Shown here: piece by piece, positions 13,112 to 26,012 of the stretch
Position numbering within the stretch: position 1 is the stretch's first letter
Layout of the letters: each line of letters starts with the position of its first letter
Assembly (NCBI GenBank): GCA_951406725.2
Contig: OX597841.1
Location: forward strand, 10,664,001 to 10,728,000
Length of the DNA: 64,000 nt
Source of the DNA: Octopus vulgaris
Taxonomy: Eukaryota
Direction of reading: 5' to 3'
Program-made: the position numbers and the translations under genes
Notes under the pieces: model-generated
Told to the model about the DNA's origin: nothing
Seen by the model: the letters and a program-made list of their open reading frames with translations, nothing else
Database searches by the model: none

Positions 13112-14369
13112 CTATGTTTGACTTTTGCTTTATGTCTGTACAAGTTGGCTCCAAGTCTCACCTAGAGACCTCAAGAGACAACAGGTTGGAAGTTCACGTT
13201 GTTGTTATGCCTAGTGTGCCATATATTTGGGGTTTTTTTTGGTGTTGTACTAGTGAATGTCTAATACCTAAATTTAAAAAAAAAAAAGTTTGTTTTAAAC
13301 CTTGGGATTACATAGAGAGTATTTTGCGTAGGATATGATCAGTTCCCATGAGCACTATCTTTTGAATTTCTGCCATTTTGGGGTTTCCTGGTGTCTGAGT
13401 TAGGTAGCAATCAGCCACTTTCGCTATCATTCCCAGGGCACCTATGACAACAGATATTGTTTTAGTCTTCAGCTTCCACATTTTGCTGATTTCTATTTCA
13501 AGATCTTTATATTTGCTCAGTTTTTGGTAGGTCTTGACAGATACGTTTATATCGATTGGGAGAGTCATATCAATGAGGAGGCATGTTCTTTGTCTGAAGT
13601 CTTTTAATATGATGTCTGGCCTATTTGCATCTATCTTTCTGTCAGTTTGAATGGTGAAGTTCCAGAGGAGTGAGATGCGGTCATTTTCAAGCAATGGAGG
13701 TGGATTGTGTTCCCACCAGTTTTTTTCATGGGGCAAATCCAGGTTTTTGCAAATTACCCAGTGAATATATTGTGCAGCTCTACCATGCCTGTTGAGGTAC
13801 TCTGTAGGCGCTAGAAGACTGCATTTGAAGACAACATGATCAATGGTTTCATTTTGTTGTCGCCATGCACGACATGTTGGGCTACTGCCATTTTTTAATA
13901 TGTTGGCCTGGTAGTTTCTTGTTGGTAGGCATTGATCTTGAGCTGCCATGATAAACCCTTCTGTTTCAGATTTTAAGCCAGAGGCCATTAGCCATTGATG
14001 GGTCAGGGCTTTGTCAATATCTGCATTATTCGCTCTCTTTGGGTATTTGCCATAGAGAGGTTTTTCTTGCTATTTATTATTCAGAATATCTGAGGCCGCA
14101 GTTTTGGCACGGGTTTTCATGCGCCTAGCTTTTTCTGTGCTTGTTTCTTGTATGTCTATCTCTAATTCCGAAATTGGCTGTATTCGGAATTCACTTAGAT
14201 ATTCCTTTGCCTGTTTTGTGACTGAGTATGATGCTTTCTTGTTTTCATGTTTTGAGACAAGTTTTAACATCCAGTCCTCAGAGTTTTTCAGGTAGGTGTC
14301 TTGGCCAATTGTAGCAATCTTCATTGTTATTGCCAGTTGCAAAAGACCACGGCCTCCCTCTTTTCTTGG

Positions 14370-14371
<2 letters not shown>
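13112..14371 (-). mobile_element. R4/Dong-clade non-LTR retrotransposon, 5'-truncated, inserted in (TAA)n
   Basis: PRKEGGRGL, LKSETEGFIMAAQDQ, CCHC-like finger, RPD..D..KY restriction-like endonuclease, VIGALG; flanked by (ATT)n at 13045-13110 and 14371-14450. Confidence 0.88.
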
Positions 14372-14452
<81 letters not shown>

Positions 14453-14751
14453 GTATATAAATAAATAAGGTGTTCAGTGATCTAGATGGTTGAACATATA
14501 CAAATATTTATTAAAGTGTCGAATGTTTTTACAAATCACATATCAGCACTTTCATCTACTCTAATAGATTTTTCAGATTTACATTTTGTGAAGGGATTTA
14601 TCTCTTTTTACAGTATTAGTGAATAAGTAAAGAGAGGGGGGGAGAAGAGTAATGTGGAGTGTATAGGGTAGGAAAAGAGGGAGAGAAATGGGGAGACAGT
14701 GGGAGAAAAAGTGAGAGTGTGTGTGTTTGTGTGTGTGTGTGTCTGTTTGTA

Positions 14752-14791
<40 letters not shown>

Positions 14792-15157
14792 CTCATGTAT
14801 CTGAAAGGAAGCTTTTGAACAAAAGACAAAGCAAAAGAATATATATTTTTTAAGTAGGTGGCTGGGACAGATGCTTACTTTGGTTCAGCCAGCTTACCAG
14901 GTTTTCTGAAAGAAAAATGTTTTCAAAGTGAAAAAATGTGTTTTTTCTTAGTGTCAATGGAAAAGAGAAGGAAAGGAAGGAAGAAAGAAAGAAGAAAAAA
15001 ATTGTGTTTATATCTATACAGTTGGTCAGTTCTTTCAATAGATGATAAGTTGATTCTTGGTCTGTAAAAATGGTCATGTGTTTCAGTCTCCATTTGCATA
15101 TGTGTGCTTGTCTGTTCTTATAATCTATGTACCTAACCATCTGTATGTATCCACATG

Positions 15158-16755
15158 TAGGTGTAGCTGGAGATGTGGCTGGCCTCTTCATGACCTGGTG
15201 GGACAGAAAACTTAAACAAAGTTTAGCAGAACAGTCCTTAACTCTTCTACTCTACAGTAGATATGAAGATGACATTAATATCATAGTTAGGACCAACTCT
15301 AGTGATGGTAATGTAGAAACTGAGAAGAACATAATGGAGAGCATCCAGCAAATAGCTAACTCCATTCACCAAAGTATCAAGAAAACTATAGATTCCCCCA
15401 CCAAGCACTCCAACAATAGACTCCCTGTACTTGATACTGAACTTTGGTTAGAGACTGAACAATAAGTGCAGCTCTTCCACTCCTATTACATGAAACCCAT
15501 AACTTCAAAATATGTTGTTCACAAGAACTCAGCTTTGTCACACAAGATGAAAATTAACATACTGATTGCAGGCTTAGTTAGAATAATTAACAATGTGTCC
15601 CCACTATGCGAACCCTAAAAAATGAATAAAACATATACAGAACTTCATGCACTGCATGCAATTCTCTGGGTATGATCAGAAAGGTAGGGTTCGAGTATAC
15701 AAGGGGTGGAGGCAGCTAGTAGGAAATTAGGTAATGTTATACGTAATGATATCAGTGGTACCTGCCCTAGATATAGAAACAAAGAATGGAATAAGATACA
15801 AAGAACTTGTGACAAACAGGGAGAACACGTGACTCACCTCCTCCAAAGAAGGCAAGGGTGCAGCCCTCCGCTGGCAAGGTCATGCTTACAGTCTTCTGGG
15901 ACCAGGACGGAGTAGTGAAGACAGATTTCCTGGCAAAGGGTGCCACAATTACAGGAGTCTATTATGCTTCACTTTTGAGGAAATTAAGAGAAGTTATCAA
16001 AATCAAGAGGCGGGGCAAGATCAGCAAAGGCATCCTCCTCCTGCAGGACAACGCTCCGGTCCACAACTCGCTTGTCGCCAGATCAGAAGCACAGGTGTAT
16101 GGCTATGAACTCATCCCCCATCCCCCCTACTTTCCTGACCTTGCACCCTCTGATTTTCACCTCTTCCCAGCCATGAAGTTGTTTTTGAAAGGAAAGCGTT
16201 TCCCAGATGATGCAGCCTTGATTTCTAAAGTCACGTCGTGGTTGGAGGACCAAGCTGGGGTCTTCTACAAAAACGGTCTTCAGAGCTGCATCAAACGATG
16301 GGAGAAATGCGTAAGTCTGGGTGGTTCCTATGTAGGAAAAGACTAATAACTGTGCCAAGTTTCGTTGCTCTACTGCTAAGGGAAGTGGGTCAGGGGCATT
16401 ACTTATTGAACGCCCCTCGTATGTAGGATTAGCTCTGGCATTACCTGTAGAACTCGAAATGTAGTTTACAGCAGAAGATGCATAGAAGGTGCTTGTAAAG
16501 ACATGAACATGATGTACATAGGGGAGACGTCTAGGAGCATTGCGGAACGACTAAATGAACATCTGAGACAATATGACGACAGAAAACAGTCCTCCATACT
16601 CTACCAACATGCCAAAGACCACCAGGGAGGCAACTTGAGTCAACTTGACATCCGCATCTTTTCCAAGCACCCAAAAGACCCAACACTCAGACAAATACTG
16701 GAATACGTCCTTATAAATGAAACTTCCCCAATACTAAACAGGAAATATGCATAGT
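15158..16755 (+). mobile_element. Penelope-like element (related to 920-2130), degenerate and interrupted by a mariner
   Basis: GVAGDVAGLFMTWWD, YSRYEDDI, LPVLDTELW; after the mariner it resumes VCRISSGITCRTRNVVY..YIGETSRSIAERLNEH..RQILE. Confidence 0.88.
15819..16419 (+). mobile_element. Mariner (DD34D) 3' half with right TIR
   Basis: PSAGKVMLTVFWD, QDNAPVH..HPPYFPDLAPSDFHLF (34-aa spacing); TIR ..cattacttattgaacgcccctcg followed by TA at 16420-16421. Confidence 0.92.
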
Positions 16756-16759
16756 AGAC

Positions 16760-17345
16760 ACCATACCTCCAAACCACAGTTGTGTATGCACGTGTGATTT
16801 TCTTTTTTGTATGTAAGCATATGGATATGAAAATAAACAGATCAACATACAGACGGATAGGTACATAGGTTATAAGAACAGACAAGCACACATACGCAAA
16901 TAGAGACTGACACACATGACCATATATACACACACACACTTTACTCCACACAAGGACACATATGGAGACACGGGTCCACACATATAGAGATACAAATCCA
17001 TACATATAAACATGGTACATAGTTGCAAAACAAACACACACAAACACACACACGCACACACAAACACACACACAGACATGCATAGACAAGGAGACAGAAT
17101 TGCATACATATACAAACGCATGCTCACACACACATACATAGAAAATACACAAACACGGATATGCAAGCACATGAATATGCAGAATACATACATACAGATG
17201 CACACACATACCTACATATTTACATATGCATACACACACATATATACTTACACACACTTGCATACATGCATACACACATACATACATACGTGCATGCACA
17301 CACACACACTGACCCACACACATGTGCACAAACAAACAAAAAGGA
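16760..17345. repeat. Degenerate CA/TA-rich tract, probably the 3' UTR of the Penelope element
   Basis: Low-complexity cacacata sequence directly after the GIY-YIG stop. Confidence 0.6.
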
Positions 17346-18079
17346 ACTCAGTGTAAATAACGGACAGTCAAGACTATTGAAAAGGTTGCAAGATGCAATG
17401 AAAATTTTAGGAAAATAAAAATAAGAAATAAGTGGAAATTGTCCCGGTGCGTGTGTTATATCATAAGGCACAAAAAGAAAATGACTCTCCCCAGACACAA
17501 CAGAATAATGAAAGTTATTTTTCAAAAAATTATCTGGACTTATCATCATCTACATTGTCCAATGCTTGATTCCCCTGTCGTTCACAAAAAATTCTGCGTT
17601 TGCAATACTTTTTTTCGTTCGGCGTCAACAGCCCTTCTTATCTTGTTTTTCCCTGTCCTGTCTTTTACTGTTTATATTTTTGTACTGTCGTTACTGTCCT
17701 GTTTTTTTACCATTTTTTTACCATTTTTTACCCCTCTGCGAAAAGATCTCAGAATTTTAATTGATTTGCTTTTCACAGGAAGGAAAGTTTCTTGTCGAAG
17801 ATATGTCTCGCTTTTATCCTTCGAAACGTAGAGTAGATGAAACCATAGCGACTGAAGAAGGGGTTTTTTCTTTGTGTTAATTGTCCTGTACTCCATTTTT
17901 TTGTTTTTTTGTTGTTTTTAAAAAAATGTCCAGTTCCTTTGGTTTGTGTCTATGTTTTCGTTTCTCTTTGTGTTCGACGTCCGTTTGGTGTCCTGTACTC
18001 ATATATGCGTGTATATGTACATGTAGAGGTAGGTACGTACATATATGTTTATATATGTGCATATGTTTTATTTCATTTA

Positions 18080-18132
<53 letters not shown>

Positions 18133-19291
18133 ATATACACTATCATTGTCATTTAACTTACATTTTCCTTGCTGTGGGTTGGACAGTTTGACATGGAACT
18201 TGCCAACTGGCCAAACTCCAGTCGTTTGTTATGGCATGGTTTGTACAAGTGAATGCCTTTCCTAATGCCAACCACTTAACAGAATGTGTTGGTTGCTTAC
18301 TATGTGTCATTTGCACCTGGAAGAACAAGACTATGAATGGAAGACAGCAATTTTAATTAGTATGACACTAAAATTTAAAAATGCCGAATATTTTCTCTGT
18401 TACAATCATTGCCTACTTAAAATAGTTACAACAGTTAACATGTTTGATGGACTTTTGTCCTACACTATTTTTTCAAACATAGTGTATTTAAGACATGGAA
18501 TGATGTAAAGGAAATTTGGCTTCTATTTCAGGCAGGTTGAGCTACTGTATAAAGGCTCCCAAATAGCTTTATGTATAATTCATGTGTAGTTCTTGTTTTA
18601 TTTAATTGTTGCCAAATACTCAAAGCTTATTCTTATCGAGTTTCTCTTGTAAAATTTACTTCAGGAAGCCTTTTGTGCAGAGACTATTGATAGAATGCTT
18701 GGGATCTGCCAGCAATAGATACGTCACATGAAGAGAGGTTGGTCAACACAAAGAAATTCTCTATCAAAAAGATAATATATCAAAGATAAATGCATCATAT
18801 TCTGATTATAATTGTGAGAATGAATATCATCATCATCATCATCTTCATTGTCATTTAACATCCGTTTTCCATGCTGGCATGAGTTGGACAGTTTGACTGG
18901 ATCTAGCAAGCCAGAAGCTGGCACCAGGCATCACTGTCTGTTTTGGCATGGCTTCTATGGCTGGATGCTCTTCCTAACACCAACCACTTTACAACGTGAA
19001 CTGGATGCTTTTTATTTGGCACCAGATCTGCTGGAGTCATTCAGTAATTCACTACACAAAGATCTTCTGTATTGGAGGAGGTGGGTTTGTGTCAGGTGAT
19101 GAGAGGTTATAGTGTGACAGAGGGACAGAAACTGGTGTGTTGGTGTAGAGGAGATACATGGTTATCCAGTCAGAGGGAGAGACCGAGAGAGAGAAGAGAG
19201 ACGAAAGATCAAGAATGAGAGAGAGACTGGAAGAGAGTGAGAGTGTGAGAGAACATGAGAGAAAAGGGTGAGAGAGAGCAAGAGTGAGAAA

Positions 19292-19328
<37 letters not shown>

Positions 19329-19699
19329 TGGTGATGAAGTGCCAGGGCATACCTCAAGGTACAGGGATCGAAATATAAATGGGATGGTAGAATATTTCCA
19401 AGGGTGCATGAGCAGGAAGTAAGGACTTGACATGAATGCAGAGAGCAGGGAGAAGGGGAATATGGTGACTGGTGAAACTTGGGTATATAGAGGAGGTGAG
19501 GGACAACAGGATGGCATTGTTACAAGGGGCAGGGTAGTGAGGACAGGATTGGGGTGTGAAAGATAAGAATATATTCTTGTTTATTTGCACTGGAGATAAT
19601 AACTACTGAAAAATTTTGTGATCAAAGACAGAAGACATAAGGGAGTGATGTGAAAGATATCTCTTGACAAATTAAACATAATTTATATTTATCACCCCA

Positions 19700-19882
19700 G
19701 ACAAAATGCTTAGCAGTATTTCATTTGTCTTTACATTCAAAGTTCAGATTCTACAAAGGTTGACTTAGTCTTTCATCCTTTCAGAGTGATAAAATAAACA
19801 CCAGTTCAACATTGGGGTTAATGTAATCAAGTAGCTTCCTCCCCCAAATTTCAGGCTTTGCACCTATAGTAGAAAGTATTAT
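19700..19882 (+). mobile_element. SINE-like dispersed repeat (other copies at 29495-29678 and several on the - strand at 62890-63710)
   Basis: Shared core gttcaaatt..ctttcatcctttc..gataaaataa..gtagaaaggattat. Confidence 0.6.
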
Positions 19883-20107
19883 ATTTATTACATTTTTTCC
19901 GGTTGAATTTGCCTTATTTTTTCAGTGTTTTTGTGATTTTCATGTAGATGGCTGGTATTGTGGCACACCTGACAGAATGTTAGGATTCAAAGAATTAAAC
20001 AAATTTCATAATAATTTATAGCAAAGTGTTTCAGGATGTTTCTTCAAAAGTTTTCAGTGTGTGATATTTAAAAATTTCATTAATTAATTTTTTTTTTAAT
20101 TTTATAG

Positions 20108-20356
20108 ATCCACCTGATATTACTGCACCAGAGAATGTGACATTATTTGAGAATCAAGCATCCATTATAGACTGTAATGCAAAAGGAAACCCTACCCCAG
20201 AAGTGTGGTTGGAGGATGAAAATCGAACGTTCCTTTCAAATTCTATATTAACTTTTAATCGTAAAAATATCAGTCGTGTTTCCTGCACTGCCATTGCAAA
20301 GAGCGAAAGGAATGGAAATTTGACAGCCAGAAAGGAAATTAATATCCTGTTGAAAT
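20108..20356 (+). CDS. Ig-superfamily membrane protein, internal exon A (Ig-like domain)
   Basis: Polypyrimidine tract and tatag acceptor, gtatgt donor, 249 nt, phase 1-1; PPDITAPENVTLFENQASIIDCNAKGNPTPEVW..VSCTA..KEINILLK. Confidence 0.9.
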
Positions 20357-20779
20357 GTATGTTAAATATAAATATTTGTTCCTCCTCCTCCTCCTCCTCC
20401 TCCTACTACTACTACTACTACTACTACTACTGTTACTACTACTACTATCACTAATATCCTCACCATCATCAAATGTCTTTTACTTCTTTGTATAAATTCT
20501 CAGATTGAGTGGCATATTGTGTCCTTGGGCAAAGCACATCACTTCACATTGCTCTAGTCTACTCAGCTGAAAATGACTACCAGCTAAGTGCTGGTGCAGC
20601 CCTCTCTCTCTTCAAGCAACACCTCCTTGATGATCTACTGGGTCAAGAGTGGGTACACTGAGAGGGCATTTATGTCTCCTTGTGATTGCATAAGTGTCTA
20701 AAATCATCTTCACTTGTGAGTCATCTTCACTTGTGAGCGACACGCATGGATTTGTCATATTCTTACCATCTTTAAGCAA

Positions 20780-21110
20780 CCCTGTGTCGATGGCATGTAA
20801 AAACCACCACTGGAGCATGGTCATTGCCAGTGCTGGCTCCTGTGCCAGTGACACATAAAAAGCATCAATCGAGGTGGTCGATACCAGTATCGCCTGACTG
20901 GCCCTCATACTGGTGGCACATAAAAAGCACCCACTACAGTCTCAGAGTGGTTGGCATTAGGAAAGGCATCGAGCTGTAGAAACCATGCCAGATCAGATTG
21001 GAACCTGGTGCAGCCTTCTGGCTTGCCAGTCCTCAGTCGAACCGTCCAATGCATGCCAGCATGGAAAGTGGACGTTAAACTATGATGATGATCATCATCA
21101 TTATTATCAT
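20780..21110 (+). mobile_element. RTE LINE 3' end fragment with (GAT)n tail
   Basis: aaaagcacccactaca..ggaaaggcatc..catgccagcatggaaagtggacgttaaa + gat repeats. Confidence 0.75.
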
Positions 21111-23225
21111 TGTCTTATGCCTATTTTTCCATGCTGGCATGAGTTAGAAGGATTTGTTCCACCTCAGCCCTTGCCACTTGTCATAGTCCATCATCATCTG
21201 ATATTCCTTACATCATCTCTCTCTGGTGTATATGATTTGTTTTATGCTAGGGGGTTGTGATAGGTTTTACAGCTGAATGCCCTTCCTATCACCAATCATT
21301 CTGCAATGGAATTCAGTCTTTTTGATCAGTAAAGCGGTTTATTATTTAAGGAAGGAGTGTAGTCATGAAATCAATACTACTTCATCAGTTAAAAGTAAGG
21401 AAAACTAAAGTCAGCATGTGTGGAACTGAAGAGGACAAAACTGATTAATATTAAGGTCGTAGTCACTATAAAAGGTAGGTTTCACAATTTCTGGTAATAT
21501 ATCCTGAAAACCCACATAACCTAACTGAAACAGTATCCTAAAGACTACCTTTTCGCTTCAGAAGTAGAAAATATTTCAGCTTTTGAGCAATTACTGATTT
21601 TCTATAAAATTCAAGTAAGATCCACAAAGAATTACTGCTCTTACACCCAGGACAGATTTGCTATTACATCCCCTACACCCAGGACAGATTTTCTCAGTGA
21701 AAGCCCCCTAATTGATAATGATTCAGTAACACATACCATCCTTCGCCCGTACATGTGCTTCTCTTCTCTCTGCTTCTTTTATTATTATTACTCCGATCAC
21801 TGCTCCTAGCTTTAAACAACCTCCATCCAAGTTCACCCAATACATCTATCTCTCCCATTCTTCTCGTCAATACTGTATTTCATTGACCACTATGCATAAT
21901 CAAACCTTCTTAGAGTTGAACAATGTGAAATTCCCTTCCCACCTATGACTTGCCTGTAGATATTGATGTGTACAACTGAACATAGGCTGTATCAGTCTTA
22001 CCAGTCTTGGAGAGTTTGTGAAAGATAATGTCTGCAAATAATTTTTGTTGACTGATCTCTAAAAAAATCATTATTCTAACACTGACCCTGCTGTATTCAC
22101 TCTATTTACTTTAAGAATTATGTTAATGACATCCATTCTGTGCAATATTGTTGTTGAGCTTCAAAAGAACTCCCTCAGATTAAGAGCATGACCTGTAAAT
22201 ATGAACAAAAGAACTGAAAGATAATTTGGGTTTGTTGATCCTTGATTTTACTAAGGGATTTATTGTGACCAAACATCACATCAGTTTCTCCAGTTTAAAT
22301 GAATATGGGTGTTTGTAATTTTTCTGGTCTCTGAAGTCCATATTTTGCTCTCTACAACCACCCTACTTCAAATGGTGTATTCTGTAAACATCTACAACTG
22401 CCCAATTTCTAAATATTGATATCCTTTTTACTAGGTTTTAAGTAGGCACATTTAATTTCTCCTGTAATATTTCAGTATCCTTATCCACTATTAATGGATA
22501 GATAGGTGTCAAATTTGTTTTACAGAGACCTGTTTAATTGAAATATCTCTCCCTAGGATAGAAACTTGATAAATAAGACATTTGAACTCAAAATTTGTCA
22601 AAACACAATTCAAAACCTAAAAATTTTGATTTTATATTCAATGCCACTGAAGCATTATCTCATTTTGAATTTGAATAGACTAATGCAGTTCACATAGAAG
22701 ATGTCTCAAAGCTAATGATGTACCCAACCTAACTCATTTATTATCCTTAACTGAAGGTAGCTCACTGAATTTTGAAATTAGAGAAGCTAAGTTTTCAATA
22801 AAACTTTTGATTACATCTCCTACCTAGAAATCATTATTTTCAGCAAAATGTTTGTTAAAAAAACTGGAAAATATGAGCTAACCTGGAAAGACAAAAATTT
22901 ACTGAGCAAGGCAAACATTTTAAACCAAAACATATTTTAAGAAGAAATGAATGTCATCACAAATTGTCCTAATGACAGCAGCATCATAATCATTTCTGCT
23001 GTGAAAGGAAATGCAACTTCAATAATGTCAGAGAAGAATACACATTAATCACATCTTTAGGCATGCTTAAATTAAATGCAAAATAACTTCTTATACACAT
23101 ATATAATCTACAAACATATGATTACTCAAGATTCCGTCAAGATCAGTTGCCAGCTGTAGATACTCAGCATATTCTTTTATGAGTTGTTACCCAGCAAAAT
23201 TTATTTCCCTTCTTACTGATAGAAG

Positions 23226-23439
23226 TGTCCCATTTTTCATGGGTGCTGTACATTTCAATGAACTAATAAAAGAGTTTGTTTTTTTTAGTTCATTTTACAG
23301 CACCCATGAAAAATGGGACATATTGATCTAGTTTTCAAGTCATCAACTTTAATGTGATTTGCTTGCTCACAATGATTGGTGGGAGGGGGGGCTCTTTTTT
23401 TGGTGAAGTTCTACTTTCGGAAACAAACTAGATCAATAT
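23226..23439. repeat. Two adjacent inverted repeats (25-bp perfect stem; 15-bp perfect stem)
   Basis: tgtcccatttttcatgggtgctgta (23226) / tacagcacccatgaaaaatgggaca (to 23320); atattgatctagttt (23320) / aaactagatcaatat (to 23439). Confidence 0.85.
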
Positions 23440-25549
23440 TTTGAATAGTTATTGCAAAATATGTCACTAGTTAATATAACTTATAAAAATGCCTATACAA
23501 GACTATTGAACTTCCAAATAAAATGTGAGATACACTTTATATTGCCAGTAATTAAGCAATTTAAATATATATATATTTCTGAAAATGTAGCAATAAAATG
23601 TGCATTTTGGCTCAGCTATGTTTTTTTGGGCAACTCCAGTTTCTGAGTGGCCAGGGAGAGGCATTTACAGTAGGAAAATAAACATCATCCACTGGACTCT
23701 GTCGCAGTTTTGAGTCTCACTACTCTTATAGTGATGAGAAAAAATATCTACAATACACTCTGTTAAGGTGTTGGTAAATAAGCAGAGAAAGCATAGAGTC
23801 AAGAGATCCCTTCAGTTCTCTCTTGCTGAGGACATAACCTCGTCTTTAATACTGGTTCCACAATAAAATGCACCCAATACACTCTGTAAAGTAGCTGTAA
23901 ATGAACAGAGAAAGCATAGAGTCAAGATGTGTATTTGGTCTTCTCTAGCCAAAGATATGACAACTTCTCTAGTGGTGGTACTACACTAAAATACATTTAG
24001 TACACTCTGTGTACAGGTTGGTCATAGGAAGCACATCTATCTATTGAAACATAGTCAAAACCTAGCCAAATGTGGCATAGTCTTCCAACTTGTCTATGAA
24101 AACAGCGGTCTCAGTAAGGTCCCATATGTGACTACCCTTCCTTGCCATCATGGAGAGTGGATATGAAGAAGGAGAAGGAAAAGGAGGTGATTTAAAGCAT
24201 CAAGAAAATGTGTCTATCCTATTGAAGTATTTTTTCAAATATAAGCAGTCATTTGGAGACCATATTTTTCTGCAATAAATAACCTGTATTCTTCTATATG
24301 TATGCAATGAAATCCCCAATCACTGTTAGCTCCACTTTACAACAAACAGTCGCCTAGAAACATACAAAGATTCTGTATTAGTTATACAATCAAATCAATA
24401 CAACAAATTTCAAAGATGTCACATTCAGTCTTCAAGTTTGGATAAATCAAAGAGTTATGTTTATAATGCATTTATCAAATTTTTCAGTGTGGAAATGAAA
24501 AAACCCTAAATATCATTACAGAAGAGATTGAGAAACTTTGATTAGGGATGACAAGACAAAAGCATAATGTCTGATGTACAATTGAAAATCATAAGCATCT
24601 ATGGATAAGGGCATCAAAAGTAAAGGTTCCATTCAAATCTAACCAAAAGATATACAACTGTTTATTTGGTTTTAAACCCATAACTTTGGATAGAGGGCTC
24701 TAATTAAAAATGATAGGAAGACAAAAAAAGCAAAGCTAACTGTTTAAATTTAAAGAGTTCATTTAAAAAGTTCATCTCAGTACTATATACGTATTTACTT
24801 CAATAATTTATTTTATTCAGTTTATTTATATTTTGTTCTCAGAATGAAAACTACATCAACTTCAACAACATAAAAACTTAATATTTGAATCTTTTGACCC
24901 AGTATTTTCAATTACTTTGGTTTCATTTGTCTGGCATCTTACCACTTTCTTCCTATCATGCTATTACCCTAAGTGGATACATTTAAACACTACATTGATA
25001 TTGTGATGAAGAACGGATATATCCTTTTTCCCATGATCTACTGAAGAACGCTTCTAATTTCTCTTATTGAGAGGCATTTTTTGCATGTTATGTGAAGAAA
25101 TTTCATTGTGAAATGATTTTAATTTCTTATATCTGTATGGGTTGACAATTTTTATGAATATTATTAGTAGAAATTTCATGAATTGTTTGTTTACTGTACA
25201 CCTCAGTAAACTATCTTCCTGGTGAATACAGTTATTTCTCAATGGACAATCTACCCATCTAGATACAAGTACTGCATGGAAGTACATCTCACTGTTGCAA
25301 CCTCCTGTAAATCTTAAAAACCTTATAAAGATTTCATTAGCCACAGGGCCAAGCTAAAATTGTCCCAAGATTGTGGTGGTTTAGATTGCTTTCTGTATTT
25401 TACTTTGATATCCTGTATGAGAAACATGTTCAATGACAATCATAGAATCTGAATTTAAAATGTGTGTGAAACTGAAATTTTTAATTTTAATCCTATTTTC
25501 TAAATTGAAACTGTTCCTTGATTATTTTATTTTATTTTATTTTTTTAAG

Positions 25550-25801
25550 ATCCTCCTCAAGTAAACTTTAATATTTCAAAAAAGACAAATAAAATAATAA
25601 TTAGTTGCACTGCATCTGGTGGAAATCCAGCAAATCATAAATATGAACTGAAGCAAAAATGGGGAAACACCACTAAGAATACTTATAATGAAGAAGAATT
25701 ATCTATAAACAATCCTTCCTTCAATAATACTGGTACATGGGAGTGTCATGTAATCAATGAAGATTTTAATGTGACTAAGTCATCAAACTACAAAATTCCA
25801 G
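25550..25801 (+). CDS. Ig-superfamily membrane protein, exon B (Ig-like domain), GC 5' splice site
   Basis: ttttttaag acceptor; 252 nt, phase 1-1; YPPQVNF..IISCTASGGNP..NTGTWECHVIN..YKIP; ends CAG|GCAAGT. Confidence 0.88.
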
Positions 25802-26012
25802 GCAAGTATTTTACAAAGCCACAATTATTTTTGAAACATATTTACAATTCACTTTTAATTTTTATAATGGTAAAATTGTTCAGTTATTTATTTAATTTTA
25901 TCCCATTAGTATATTGTTGGACTTTGTTTCTTTTTATGTGTATCAATAAAATTGATAATTTTAAATTATAATTTTCAGGAATTGTTTGAGATATAAATAC
26001 TGAAGAATTGTA

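Noticed and set aside
17729-17836. Functional hammerhead downstream of the second Penelope element
   Set aside because: GAAACGTA is present but the core reads CTGCGAA and the stems are poor; kept only as a weak relic
21970-22500. Ancient CR1/L2-like RT remnant (ISLTS, LDFTKGF-like peptides)
   Set aside because: Too decayed to bound or classify by eye
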